Shown here piece after piece: positions 11,025 through 25,100 of a DNA stretch of 51,539 nt. Made by a program: the position numbers and the translations under genes. This stretch comes from Callorhinchus milii. Lineage: Eukaryota. The DNA lies in assembly GCF_018977255.1 (NCBI RefSeq), contig NW_024705364.1, forward strand, positions 1 through 51,539, read 5' to 3'. The notes beneath the pieces are model-generated. The model was not told where the DNA came from, ran no database searches, and saw only the letters and a list, made by a program, of their open reading frames with translations. Within the stretch, counting starts at the first letter, position 1. Every line of letters begins with the position of its first letter.

Positions 11025-11150
11025 GATTATGTTATGCCGTATTGTGATATATTGTGTTGCATTGTGTCGTATTGTAGTGCATCATACTGTACTGTGTTAT
11101 GGCGTGTTGTATTGTGGTGTATCGTGTTGCATCATGTTGTGTCGTATTTA
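11025..11150. repeat. Degenerate 5/10-mer microsatellite (ATTGT/GTTGT)
   Basis: attgtgatat attgtgttgc attgtgtcgt attgtagtgc ... periodicity. Confidence 0.75.
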
Positions 11151-11729
11151 TTTTGGTGGAAAGTGGCTAGAAGCAGGCTGGCAGAGGAACAAAGGTCAAT
11201 AACAATCACTTTGGATATGTTGGATATATTTTATCATTTGTACCAGAATGAAAATGATTCTCACTTTTATTCACAGGCCGTGAAAACAGACAGACAACGA
11301 TCTTTGTCCAGATGATCTGCCGGGCCTCCTGGACTACTCTGGACTGCTCAGACAACAGGGAGGCTGGAATAGGGGGGGGGCTTCCAGCCTTCACGTGTTT
11401 ACCCACGTGGCCCTGGGCCTAATTTATTTTATTATTATGACGCTTGTTTAGCTAGGTGAGCCTCTCACCTACTCATGACTCTTTTGAGGAGGGTCCTGAC
11501 AATTATTTTTTGTTGCAGTCGAGAGGCTTGTTGCTATGTTGAACTGCCAACTGAGTAATTGTCAGGTAATTTTTTTAATCTTTTGGGTTATTAGGCCAAC
11601 ACCAGTTCCATTGTATGTTGTTTTAGCTCCAGTACCGAGACAACGTTTGTGAACCCCAATTACAATTATGGAAATTCCAGTTTTTTACCATGATAGATTT
11701 ATTGAATAAAAACCGTCTTTTATTATATA

Positions 11730-12725
11730 CTAGCAGGAAGTACCTGGCGTTTCCCGGGTCTTAAAAATAATAATAAACTACTCTTAAAAATCCAACAGCA
11801 GTGCGTACTGACTGTGGTGGTACCTGCTATGATTACAGCAGTGCATACTGTGGTGGTACCTGCTATGATTACAGCAGTGCATACTAACTGTGGTGGTACC
11901 TGCTATGATTACAGCAGTGCATAGCGAATGTGGTGGTACCTGCTATCACTACAGTAGTACATGCTGACTCTATAGCAATATTTATCAACTATATAGCACA
12001 AATTAGTCACCTGACAGAGTGGCGTGGTGAGGCCTAGTCCCGTGCGGTGGTACTTGCTATGATTACAGCAGTAAATACTGACTGTAGAGGTACCTGCTAT
12101 GATTACAGCAGTGCATACTTTGGAGGTACTTGCTATGATTACAGCAGTGCATAGCGACTGTGGTGGTAGTTGCTATGATCCCAGCAGTGCATACCGACTG
12201 TGGTGGTACCTGCTATGATTACAGCAGTGAATACTGACTGTGGTGGTACCTGCTATGATCACAGCAGTGCATACCGACTGTGGTGGTACCTGCTACATCT
12301 AGCGACTGTATAGTAGTAATAACTGCACGCATCGGGGTGGGGGAGACATCACACAGTGAATAATTTACCTGAGTGTATTATATAGCATTTTTAACGCGAA
12401 AGAAAATGTCCCCCCCCCCACCAAAGGCGCGTGAGTTGGTATGGTCATGCGCACGTGATAAATAAATGAATAAAAAAGGTCTACTGCCTATAGTGCTAGC
12501 ATCCAGCGACTGTATATATTAGTAACTGCACACATCGGGGTGGGGGGGACATGACACAGTGAAGAATTTACGTCAGAGTTTAGTGTATTTTTGGCATTTT
12601 TATTGCTGCATTTTATAGCATGTCCCCCTGACTCCCACCGAAGGCGGGTGACTTGGCATGGGCCGTTCCCCCCATCAAAGGCACGTGAGTTGGTATGGAA
12701 ATGCACCCGTCATAAATTAATAAGA
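11730..12725 (-). mobile_element. Non-autonomous Helitron (3' end at 11730; 5' end apparently truncated by PLE)
   Basis: Minus-strand 3' end CCCGGGAAACGCCAGG-TACTTCCTG-CTAG|T has the same architecture as the Helitron end at 41096-41123. Internal minisatellite and ~205-bp duplication (12300-12460 vs 12505-12710). Confidence 0.65.
11796..12295. repeat. 40-bp minisatellite (~10 copies in two blocks)
   Basis: Unit CAGCAGTGCATACTGACTGTGGTGGTACCTGCTATGATTA at 11796-~11960 and ~12045-12295. Confidence 0.93.
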
Positions 12726-12727
12726 GT

Positions 12728-13092
12728 CTTCCGCCGTTGCCGATCATTGCTACAACGCTGTGGGTTCCCATGAGATTGTCTTTTCCGAGACCAAGGTGCT
12801 CTGCAAACCTCCTGGCTACCATCAAAGGTTTGTACACGAAGCCATCCAGATATACAAACACAGACATAACTTCAACCGTGACGATGGGTACAAACTGAGT
12901 AATCATTGGAAAGATGTTATTAACCATGTAAAAAAGTTTTAACTACACATATTTGTACCATCTTACTCGACAGGTACTTTTCTACTTTACCGAGTGTTGA
13001 CATCCCCAGCGTTTAACAATACTGCTTTTTGTATTTGGATTTTCATCCAACACCTGTTTACGTCGAGGTACACTGATTGTTCTCTTGCACAG
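12728..13092 (+). pseudogene. Penelope-like element 3' fragment (GIY-YIG endonuclease C-terminus + 3' UTR)
   Basis: SAVADHCYNAVGSHEIVFSETKVLCKPPGYHQRFVHEAIQIYKHRHNFNRDDGYKLSNHWKDVINH is closely similar to the C-terminus of ORF 47571-48536; stop at 12942. Confidence 0.9.
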
Positions 13093-13122
13093 NNNNNNNN
13101 NNNNNNNNNNNNNNNNNNNNNN
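13093..13122. other. Assembly gap (30 N)
   Basis: Run of N. Confidence 0.99.
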
Positions 13123-16100
13123 AATCCGGTGGTACCGTGCAATGGGACAAACTTTACCCACATACCTCCCTCGAGCGACGAGGGACGAAAGCCGGTGCAG
13201 TACGCGAACCATTTAATGCGTCCTACAAGCGACAGTTCATTCCGGGGATTGAGCGCCACTGGACGGGCTTTTTAAGTCAATCAAATCGAATCCGATTCTC
13301 CGGGGACGGCAAAATTCAGGCATAGTCTTAGAGATGAACATGAAAGAGCTCTCGATAACGATCAGATACACTATATGCAGTATATTATGACAGAGCAGCC
13401 AGAACCTCGTGTCAAACTTACGCCGTAAGCTCGGTTATAGCTAACGGAAGCAAAGGGTAGATGAAGTTGTTCCCTATGAGCGCCCCTACTCAGGCAGTGA
13501 GTTTCCCTCCTTCCAGCGGCGTATAGCCATAAAACACCTTTACCTTGGAGGAAATTCTAAGTCTCTAGGACCCCTTTAACCCAAATGTGTATCCGCTGGA
13601 ATAAACGGCGCACCTTGCTTATGAACGCTTCGAACGGCCTAGTTGCTACTTCAGCGTGGATTCAAGATCGACTCCGTTTGTAGGAGGTTGTAACCCGTGC
13701 GCTAGTCCTCACCTAACCAGTAGGCCTGCGAGTAAAGCCAGGGGCTCACGATACCCCTTTTTAAGAACCCCTATCACTTCGTCTTTCAACTTGGACAACG
13801 TGGCGATCAATGAAAGATACGGGCGAGAGTCGAGAAAAAGTTTCATTCCAAATCGTGCTACCAGATGATAACTGTTCAAGTCCATCTGGGCGTCGGATAG
13901 GTTAGTCTTTCAGGCTGGGGGACGCTTCCCTTTTCTAGCTTGCCACATACTATAAAACGCACGTGTTCTCTAATCATCATAACAAAATAGGTTAATGAAT
14001 TACGGCGCCCAAAGGGCGCGCTACATTTGATAGTTTGAATCAAGACGTTTCACGACGTTCATTACAATAGGCGTCACTATGCGTAACGTGGTTGCCATTA
14101 AGAGTAGGTCCTAGACCCAAACTTCATGACGACACATTAACGATCGGGAAACGCTTTGTTTCAATTTGACACGGGTCAATTTTGCTGGCTATCCGGGACT
14201 CACTATCAGCTAAGAGCACAGATCAGAGGTTTCAGGGCTCAATTATTCAAGTCTAAGTCCGAGCCTAAGGGGCTTGTACGCTATGAATAGTGTCCAGCCA
14301 GCGATCTCGTTTATCCACGGGAAAATTGGCCAGGGCTTCATTAAGCCGGCGCGCTCCATGGGTCGGGCATCAACCTAACGCAAACTGTCGCACATGCTAG
14401 CGACACACAACGCAACTTCCTAGCTACACATCATCAAAGGCTTCCATGCAGAGTGTAACCTACAAGTCGTAGGACAATAGTGCAGAACTCATCTTTTGAG
14501 TCCAAAATGAAGACTACAGCGGCATGCAATGCCCGAAAATGCCCGCCAAGGTCTGTAATTACTACTCCAAAGTAAAACGTGACGTTGTGGCAGGCGCATC
14601 CGATCAGTATGTTTTTAATGTATAGAAGCGACCTTGTATGCGACTCATCACGATTCCCAATGACGCCGCTTCGCGGACCAAAATGGGCAGACCTTTGTAG
14701 AAGCGTTTTTACCCCCTCAACCCCGCCTTCAGATTGGTGTCCCCGAAGCATTAAGTGTGCACGTAGTCGAGTTATCTGGAGAAAATCACTACAGTGATCA
14801 GGCCTTGTTGGTGGCGGTGTCCCCCGGCGTCCTAGCCAACATGTGTGACTTTTTCACCGAGTTGTGGTCACCACGAGCCTTGCGCCTGTCCGCTGCTGCA
14901 GTAATAATTGAGGGAGCGAGCCGTATACATATGTTGTCTCTAGACAGCATGTTGTGTGCCGACCAACCATAGATAAATTAATATAACGATACTGGAGGGG
15001 CTAGTCGAAAAAGTGACTCGCCGGAGGATTCGTTATCTTACCCCCACCATTCGATGCGTTGTAATTCAAGGTCCTTTCTACTAGATGTTCACCAGCTAGA
15101 GCTGTATGGGCGATTGACCAGTCCCACCAGTTGACTGTTCGAACCTGTGCGGGAGCGCAGTAGTACGCGTTCCTATCCATTCCAGAGGTCCCATGTTTAA
15201 TCATGGGTCCTGTGTGTTAGTGAGAACGTTATAACATAATTTCTGACCCTCTCTCCTCGATAAGGTTTATGATTAAGTTCTCACCCGTAATCAAGCGGCG
15301 GCCCATCGTGCCAGTCTCACTTACTCCGCATTAACTGAAGGGGGCGCCTAGTTCGCAAAGACAACAAATGACGCTTTGTCGAGAACGTCGCTATGCGCCA
15401 TGGCACAATATACACAGCCTGGAACTACTAAGAATTCGTGGTAGGGGAACCTAATTTCGCTATGTGGACGGTCTCTGTTACGCTCTGCTAGCTCCTCCGG
15501 CTTTCATGGGGATGGCTGCTGGCGGTGGTCCCATAAGACTCATGCCAGGCGTGGCGTGCAAGGCCACTGTGGCACACTAACTGGCCGCCACGAAATTCGT
15601 GGACCTGCTTATGACTACCGTGTCACCTTGGGCTCGACGCAGTAGCAAACTTGGCTAAGCGGTTAATACCCATTCCTGTCAGTGGGCTACCCCATTCATC
15701 GCATTTACGCTAGTATATGTTATAAAGCCAGACCTCCGGACGCCTCTCGGTGTAACTCCGTACCTAGTTTGGACGACACGGCTAGCTTCGGAGCTATACC
15801 AATTGATATAAGGCCACACGTATTCTTGCCAGGGCGGATCTTACCTGAATTGGAAGGTTACCTCTAGGGGGGAAAGTGTGCTGCAAAATAACTTTAAGCC
15901 ACATTACTTGCGACCCTCCGCTGATGGTAGTTCCTAAATGTCTCAGAAACGTACGAGCTGAGATCTAAGCGGTGAATATAGCTAGTCGCTGAATGGAGAA
16001 CACAACCTGAGGAGTTGTTTTTACTCACAATAAACACCCCTGATGCGTCTCGCGAGGGTTGCACCCCATCCGTTATGCTCGGCTCCGGCCAGGAATCGGG

Positions 16101-19100
16101 GATGTCTAGGAATCGATGTCGAAGGTTGAGAGTACCAATCCGTTTCGTGACATGCTCCAACCACTTCGAGATAATCTCAGCAGATATTTTGAATGTATTA
16201 GCAAATATCCTACGATATGGCATAGGGCAAGTCGTCTGGTACCATCGTGTGTCATTGTCGCGGGGTATTAGAATCCTTCTTCAGTGTGTAAAAATGGAAC
16301 TTGACACGGAAACAATAATCCCATCATGTGATGGGACGCCATTGAATAGACCTTATGGTTGGTTACGCGATAAGTAACGGGAAGCTGAACGATAGACTAG
16401 TGACTAGCGGTCTCCCTTTCTCCAACACCATCGCAACCCTGCAGGGAGGCCGAACAGGGTGCTTAGCTTGCAATTGCAACCTGTGGATCAGTACCACAAA
16501 TTAGGCATACGGAAAGGGTGGGCTATTCCTATTGTCTAAAACAGTCTGTAACTTCGTCCCGATCGGATATAAAATCGACGAGCTGAGACCCAGTGCTGCA
16601 CATCATAGCCAGAGATCAATTGCCAGTCATAATTTCAGTGAAAGCATAGAATATTGGTGCATCTGTGGGTGCTACGATTTCTTTTGTTTAAGGTCTAGGT
16701 CCCCCAGGAGGAGGTCTGTTGAGTTAAGATGTGTGAATAGTACGTTCAGGAGAACATATTCCGAGGGCACCGATCATTACCACGTTCTTATCCTTAGGTT
16801 GTCCTTTTATCGGGCGGCGGGAGGTGAATATGGTCGAGGAGACATGTCTTTACACGCCGTAAATCCCATTTAGGAGCCAAAGGGAGAAGAATAAAATAGA
16901 AACGTGACGCGAGTCGGCCGCTCTAGGATGCGTCTCCTATAGCGGGCAAGATTAACTTTCCATTAATGAGCTCGGCAGGAAGTAGGCTGGGCAAATTGGA
17001 ATAACCAACTTGCAGTTTATTCTGAGTTGGCTTTCCGACAGTGTCGATATATGGTTGTGATGAACTGCCTTGGAAAGTGAACGCAAAGACCATATAGGCG
17101 GGGGGACACTGAATCAATTACCCACCAAGTAAACTAAGTGTACCTTAGTTCTGGATCAAGCAAAACATTTTATTCGTCACGAAAACGAAACTTAACTACT
17201 TTACTATGTCGTTTGTGCGGGTCAAGAGCCAATACATAGTCACTGGGGGGAGTTTCCTAAATAGGACACAACTAAGCACGGGGCCAGTATCATCGGGCCA
17301 TCCCGCCCCTATTTCGCCCCGGCTGCGACATTCATATAGAGCAAAGTCCCTCGCTAGTACGCTCGACTGCACGTGAGAATGAATCGGAAGGGGCTAAAAA
17401 GGTATGTCACTACACTCAACTGAAATCTTCGGGTGCGGACACCGCTTCTAGGGGTCACAACCCCGCCTTTGGATTCGGTGACATAGGCCTATACGTTGGT
17501 TTTGCGTGACCAGCTATGTCAGGTATCGAATCGTACCCAGAATCAGGCCTGGTTTTCTTGACGTAGCGTACCATTAGTGATCGGCATTTTAATAAATTTG
17601 GATTTTGCAATAATTGCATTAAGGCATTGTGGAGTTGAGCGCTAATAACAATGTGTATAGGATGGCTCGGGACGCAAAACCTGATTGGGGGCGATGCTCC
17701 CTGTGTTGGAGGTAAGTCACGATATTTTGCAGCTTGACGCGGCCCACCTCCGCGCAGGCATCTAACGTCACGAAATCCGTGCGCACCGTGCAGGTTTTTG
17801 GGCGTTAAATTCCCACCGCTCCCGGCCGACAAGAGTACCACTCGTATACGTACGGGGTGCGGTTTGGCTTTACGACGAAACATTTCTCTCCCTTTCCAGA
17901 GGCGGGATTTGTTATACTAGTGCGTTCTCGAATCACAAGTCCCGAGCGTGCATTAGGTTTTGTTCAATTTGTTCCTCTAGTCTACATGTTCGGTCTGTCC
18001 AAACTATGTTGGGAGGAGATACTACTCCGACAGGACTCTAGTCCGTGCCTTTAACAGTGTCGCACCGCATCAGTGAGAGGAGTTCACATATGATAGCTGT
18101 ACGGGTACAAGTTGATACATGAGAGGCCGCAGCACGGGTCAGTGTGCCGACCCTGAATCCAGCCTAGAACGAAGATACTCCAACTCCTTTTGCGCCCATG
18201 GACCATGAGATCTGTAACAATTAGAGTTAGAGGTGATTTTGTAGGATACAATTAATAGGGCTCCGAATCGATATATGCTAACTATTACCCCAGAGTCGCA
18301 TGCGATTGTTACGTACTCTCGTATCTTAGGAATCAGGTGCAACGTGCGACAGGTTATTGCTATGCATGCTTGCTCCGCATTCAATTCATTGCTTGCCAAA
18401 GCAAAACTCTGTACATTCGTCATTAAGTGCAAACCATAAAGGATGTGTGGTAGGAGCGTAGGCAAGTTGTACTTGGGTTCGGTGGTAAGTGCGGGTGTCA
18501 TAATCCGAACCAAAGCGTTTAGACTGTAGGATCAGCTCATCTGACATGTCCAAGTGAAGAGCATGGTTCACGACGACATTCGGTTCCTTAGAGGATTACT
18601 GGCATGCCGATGCGTTGAATTAGATTTCTGCCATCAGCCTCCGGGCAACCCTGGACCAGTTTGGCCAATGTAATACCGGTGGAACAAGCGAGCAAGGATC
18701 GTAATCGCGTGGATCTTGTGAGGGCATTAACCGCAGAGTCCTTCTTTGTCCATTGAGTGTTAGAGATCGCAGTGAATAACGACTGGCTCCATTTCTTGTG
18801 TGACAGTGGATCTCGTGGAATTGGTGCATAGCAACCCACGCTCTACGACCCGTCATTTTGCGATACACAAGAGTACCGGCAAAGGTTAATACCGTCATCA
18901 CACATGGGCCAATGCCGGCGCCCCGCGATCTCGTGTGTCTGGGATACTTGGTCGATGATTTAGTATTCGCAAATCGGCCTCAGTGAGCCATAATGTCGAC
19001 CTAGCAGGCCCCCGAGAAGGGACGCCAATACTTCTTGGCCTTTGTTTACGGCAGAAAGGTTAGGGTGTGGCGCTGTACCGCCTATTGAGGAGCGTTTGAT

Positions 19101-22100
19101 GACACTGCCATCGGCAGGCACAAACCTTATGCGACGTCTTACTATCAAACACATAGCTCCCAGCCAACAGAACAATAATTCAGTTAGGGAGGTACACCGT
19201 ACGTTGAGAACTTCTTTAGTTGAATCTGTCCTCCTAGAGGACAAAGGCCAGCCAATTTAGATATCTTGCTAATATTGACAATCAAAACGTTCGGCAATTG
19301 GGTCTCTACATTCTAAACTGGGGTCCAAAACAAACCCTCGCTACCTTAATAGGAAGTTATCTATACCCAAGTGCACGGATCGAGGAAGAGCGTGAATAAA
19401 TGGTAGTTAGGGGCGTTGGTCCCCTCGCCTTGGACTCCTTTCAACTACTGCGAAGAACCATAACTCGCGTCAAGGCAGGGCAGAGCGCAACTTCCTATGA
19501 TCGTTGCGGACGCCCCCGGGAGTATGTGTTTGACTTATCATGCGTCACGCGCCCCCGCTGCAATTCCCGGCGCGCAGGCGCATTGTTCGACTCGGTCAGT
19601 AGAAGTTAAAAACTGATGTTAAAGCGGAAACACTAACGCCCCAACTATTATAATTAGTAGTCCTGGATCGAAGGGTCAACGATCGGAATCTGAGTTCATT
19701 TAGCGTGAGATCCCGTATGCGAAGTTATAAGGGTCATCAATTGCGTACCCCTTATTCACAGACTTGTGCGCGGATGGTATATGGCTGCCCTCAGGCCTCC
19801 ATTATCCTGCTGAGGTCTGGAATGGTGCTGCTGGTTTGCGATAACTCGAACGAATGAAAAGACCTAACTCCGTGTTCTTCCGAGTTCATCTTTAATGGGC
19901 CCACGTCGTGGCATCCTAGCACGTCGATAATGGCCGCCATTGAGTCGGGTGCTATTTTTCTGTGAGTACACTGTGAGGCGTAATGTAATCCCTATCGTAG
20001 GGGGTTCCATACTGGCCAAAAGTGGTATTACCACCATTATTTGGATGCATTTTTATCGCCCAGAGTCTAACTCCTCTTACAAAGCACATATCCACGAAAT
20101 GGTGCTAGCCTGCGTCAGCCGGAGTTAGACAATTTAACTCAGGTAAATCTGAATCACTGTCCGTATAAATATTACAGAGTGCAGTGCTCCGTTACGCACT
20201 CCACTTGAGGACCCAGTCGAGCTGGTACTGTGACAGCTAAACGTAGACTTAGTAAAGTAATGCGGAGCGCAGTGCTAATCTGATGTACGCAATGGGCCTT
20301 CCCTACGCACTATACAGAACCTGGACATGCTTCGATTACAATCAGCCCCAGAGCCCATTCTTTTACATGAGTTATACTGTAGCCGCTTAAAGTTGGACAT
20401 GTTTCAGCGTAGCAGCTCCCGCTTTCTTATTCCAGTTATCATAGGGTTGTTCGGGATGGTTGAGTCGGAGTTCCCGGCTCCCCTCTGTTTAGACTTAACT
20501 CCATTAGGTGCTTTGGTTCGAATAAGGAATATAGCGGACCAAAAAAAGCGCGTATCCACATCTCTCACGAATGCGGTGAACCTCGACAGTGCCCAAATAT
20601 TGCGGTCCTACGCTAACCAATGTAGGAACAACTCGACTCAATCGTTCATGCGGGGTCTTGAAAGGCTCAGGGTGTTATTGAGAGCTAGATAACACCCCAG
20701 ATGGTCTCAGGGTATAGAGGCGTGCCCTTCGGAAACCTCCGGTAGCAAAGGTTCTTTGTTGCGGGAAGTCAGAAGGCTGTAGACTACTGTCAAGGCGCCG
20801 CCGCGGTTTCAATAGTTTTTACACCCACCCTATGGATCCAGTACACCCGCGGCAGAATAGCGCATTTTATCCGGCCTCACATCAAATAGGAGTGAGCTGC
20901 TACGTGGGCTTCAGCTCCTAACCTTATGTCTTAACGGCCGATAAGATTGCTTGCTGTTATGGACGCAATAACCTATACCTAGCATCAATCCTTCAAGACC
21001 TTCCTGTAGTACTGGCTGGTCGTGAAACGTAGTGTACTGGCGCATCTGCCAGCTGCGGGTATAGTCATCCAATAAGTACGGGGAGAATGGGTGGAAATGC
21101 TTCATACCGGATACCGATTGTTTCATATTACTGCATTCCACATACGTCCACCCTCACCCGCCCCTGCGAGTGCCGTCATCGAACTACATCACGCGGTGAA
21201 TCCATGTAGAAACGGTGGAACAGCGACGAAGTTCTTCCAGAGGAATCCAAAAGTACTAAAGTTAGTCCAGAGTTCAGAAGTAACAAAACTCGTTGGCGCT
21301 CCCTGTTTTCAGATCGCCCCTTCGAGCGTTGGATCTTTTCTAGGGGCAGCAATTTAGACTCGCATTTGCCATGATGCCTAGTGCAATCGCCCAGGGTTTA
21401 GGTCGCGAACCCCCGGAGACGCCCAACCCCGTAATGTCATTACGGGCCTCAGCTGGTCACCTACAATTACAGTTCGGAATGCTACCGCCGGATTGACTCA
21501 GTTCCGATTCCGTCTGGAGGACGCGGGTTGAGAATATTAGAAGAATACATAATTGTCAAAAGCACCATAAGTCCAAAATGACAGATACTAAGATATAAGG
21601 AAGGGAGCGGCTCTCGTAGGCATATTGCTAGGGGAACGTTTCCTGCTACCTCTCAGTGTTGAACCCACCGTGAACCCCTCCACAAGGCTGCCGACCAATC
21701 GGAATTAGGCAGCCAGAGGTTGAACGGAGTTGGCTTCGCACCTCTAGCGACGCAATACGGGCAACGGATGACCTCGCGAAGTGGGAGCGCCGTCAGGGTA
21801 TGTATGTACCTTGATGGGCGTATCGTGAATGCTATACGGTGGTCACATGACTGATATTGCTAAGTCCGAGTCCGCCACGTACCGCGCAATGTGGCAACCG
21901 ATTCTGCGCTACAGTGAGTAGCACTTTCTTAAGGGCCTAAAATAACTATCCCTCCCACAGTCCGTCCCCCACGGTATATGGTTTGCGTCCGCCGGTGTTA
22001 GTATATCACCGAGCTCCTGCTTTTAAGAGAAAACCTTCGCGCCAAACTCAGGAAACACTGGGAAAAGCATGGATTCTAAGTAACTTCTAGGCGGATTCGT

Positions 22101-25100
22101 ACCTCCCAGCCACTCACACAATGATCACATGTGGTCCTCCCTCGCTTAGGAGCCGGGCCCGCTTTGTCTATCGGACCGGCCTCGTTCGTTCTTACGATAA
22201 TCGCAGACTCTTGATCCTTATTCTGCGCCATGCAGCTAGGACGCTTTCTTGCCTGCATCGTACCTCGCACAAACGTGTAGAGAGCATGTCCCTCACCAGC
22301 TCACCTTCCCGACATCCGTTAGGGAGTTTTGATACCCGCACCAGCTGAAGGGCCTGTATGAATGATGATAATGTTCGGCCGCGCTGATACGCAAGGTCAG
22401 CTGAGACAACTAGAAAATTGGGAGCCGGTTAAGTGCGTCCACAGACCATTTAACTGCGTACATGTGGAACGGCGTCGTAGTTTTAGATGGGGCCTCTGCT
22501 GGAATTAACCTCCGGGCGTTGGACGTGGTCAGAGAACTTGAGCGTCTTAGGTGAGATGTCTCAGTTGCAGTACTTATGTCCACTCGAGTAGTGCCAAGAG
22601 GGAGGAAGTTGAGACTAGTGGACATATAAGCCGGATTCGGTAGATCAGCACTGCTTCGGCATATTAAAACTGCTCTCCGCGGCGTAACTTTGGAGCCGAG
22701 ATTGTGCCCGTCAAAATGTTCTGCATTCCAACGTGCAAAGACAAGTGGGGGAATGTTGAGCAGGAGGATGAGCACGTCCGCCCGCCGGCCTGACGTCGCC
22801 ATGTTCGAGGAAGCAGGTATACCTCCCTAAACCTGTACACGGCCCCGGTAGGATCTTGAAGTAACTAGCGCCCCCTCTTAATCGCAATGAAAGTAGCCGA
22901 CACTAAATAATAGCATGGTAGCTCTTTAGATATGCTGCGCGAGCTTTTAACGTGTGGGTCATTCAGAAATGATGAGATGCAGATCCAGTGGGAGGACGCG
23001 CATGTGCGTCTTTTGGAAATCTATTCCCTCTGCTTGTCGTTTAACAATATCCACCAATGTGTGCGACGCTTGGGAAGTTCTGGCTTGAACCCACGGATAT
23101 GATCCAATCGGTACTTTAACGGCAGCTTAGGGCACTGCGGAAGGCATACGATCCACGAAACTACTTAGGCTTTCATGAGAGGCCGTCAGTGCAGTGCGAA
23201 TATGCCACCCGCCCGGGTGCTAAATGTACGTTGACGCCCCTCTACGGGGACCGACCAAGCATCCAGAAAGAATGAATGCCGACAATCCGATGATCCAGAC
23301 TACTGGCAAGATTAAAGCTTAGTTTACGTGATCGATAGGCCTGCAGACGGAACCAGAGTGTCACCCGCTCAACCTTTGCCGCCAGCTAGTGGGTATCTAG
23401 GTAACGATTTTCGTACTCCTGCACCGGGCCCAAAGGACTTCATGTAGAATGGCTCGTCAATACCCAATTGGGACCAATCACTAATACTCCGCCCCAGAAA
23501 AAAAGCCGGAAATTAAGTTATATGCGAGTCAAACACTCTAATTAGGTGTATCTCATAGAACAAACGACCGAGTGCACCTGGTTCGCAGAAACATTTGGAA
23601 CCTTGAGTTTCTTATACTCTATCTGCGCGAATTAGCGTTTTGCTTCTGTCCGCAATGTCCATATTCCAAGTCAGCGGGACCGTAAAAAACCTTCACGTGG
23701 CAGAATCATTCTTTACTCGCTCCTTGCGCGATGTCGAAAGAGGACGCTAGGCATTGTCCTCATTAACCAGTACTTCCGACGACTGCGACTAAAACCACCG
23801 CTGGTCCGCCGGGTGTCGGGCCGAAGTTCTCGTAACAGAAATGCTTCTAATACCTTCAACAGATGACGGGACAACGGTGTTGCGTATCACACGACCAACT
23901 TTTTCAGGCCGCCATGCCGTTCTACTCCAGTTTCATTAGAAAGAATAACACGAAATACCCCTGTCGAGGTTTTGCCGAGTTCATAGTTGCTCTTAATCAG
24001 AATACGTACGTGACATCGGATAGCACCGTACAGGCTGATGCTCGCACCACCCTGTTCGTATCGATAGACATTAATCTTTCCTGTCGAAAGGTCGCCCATA
24101 ATATGTGATCAACCGGGCCGCTCGACTTGGCAACGTCTACGTAAATGAGGATCGGAGCATGTTTCACTAAAGCTTTACTCAGACGGAATGATACTGTACG
24201 ACCTCGTGCCGGAGAAGAGATAGATTGGTGAGAGGACTCTTACGTGCATACGTCATATACCGGAGGGGGTGGGTACGCGTTACAAGTAGTGGCCCAACCT
24301 ATGTCAACGGAGACTCGAGTGGTGAGGAATTACACGGTGTCCGCGTCACAATCGACTCAACTTAAGAGTCGCGTAGCATACGATGTATCGAATGTGTCCG
24401 GGTAGGGGTATAAGTTCCCGGAGCATTTTACCCTTAGCGGATCGTTCACACTAGCCTCTAAATAACGGATAAAGCATACCACCGCAGTGACCTCTCCTAC
24501 TCCCACGTTGCCATGCTGGTGAGGGTCGCACCTTGCTTACCCCGCACATATAGCAGGCTAGTGTCTACCCGTCGTCGGTGAGGCAGTTGCTTACTTTCAA
24601 GTGGTTCGAAGAGTCACGATCCTTGCAGTCGCCTCAACCGCTAGTATTGGCTCGCCATGGATACTGGCTGTAACTCATAAGTCAGAACTAAGTTGGACTG
24701 GAATGATAGAGAGAATTACGCGGACATCTGTCCCGCCTATGCGCTAACACGTCACCTTTGTACGCCGACACATGTGTATCAAGAACGGTGGTGGAGAATT
24801 CCATCGACGTTAATTTGGAATTTAACCCATTGGATAATATCAGTTCGATACTATAAGCTACATAGGCATGTCACCTAATACCTGAGTATAGGATACCTAT
24901 ATGCGCCAGACTGGATCGACAAGGAGATTCATAGGTCGAACGATGAGGCGCAAATACCACTCAATAATAGACATGTTAATACAGTCATCAGTGGTCTAAT
25001 CTTAGTATAAGAGGTGCGACACGTCACCAACATCACGTAGTGATAAAGGTGGGCTACCTCGTGTACCATTCGCAGAGATTCGCTTAGAGAAATCGTTGCA

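Noticed and set aside
11796..12295. CRISPR-like appearance of the 40-bp array
   Set aside because: Head-to-tail minisatellite without spacers.
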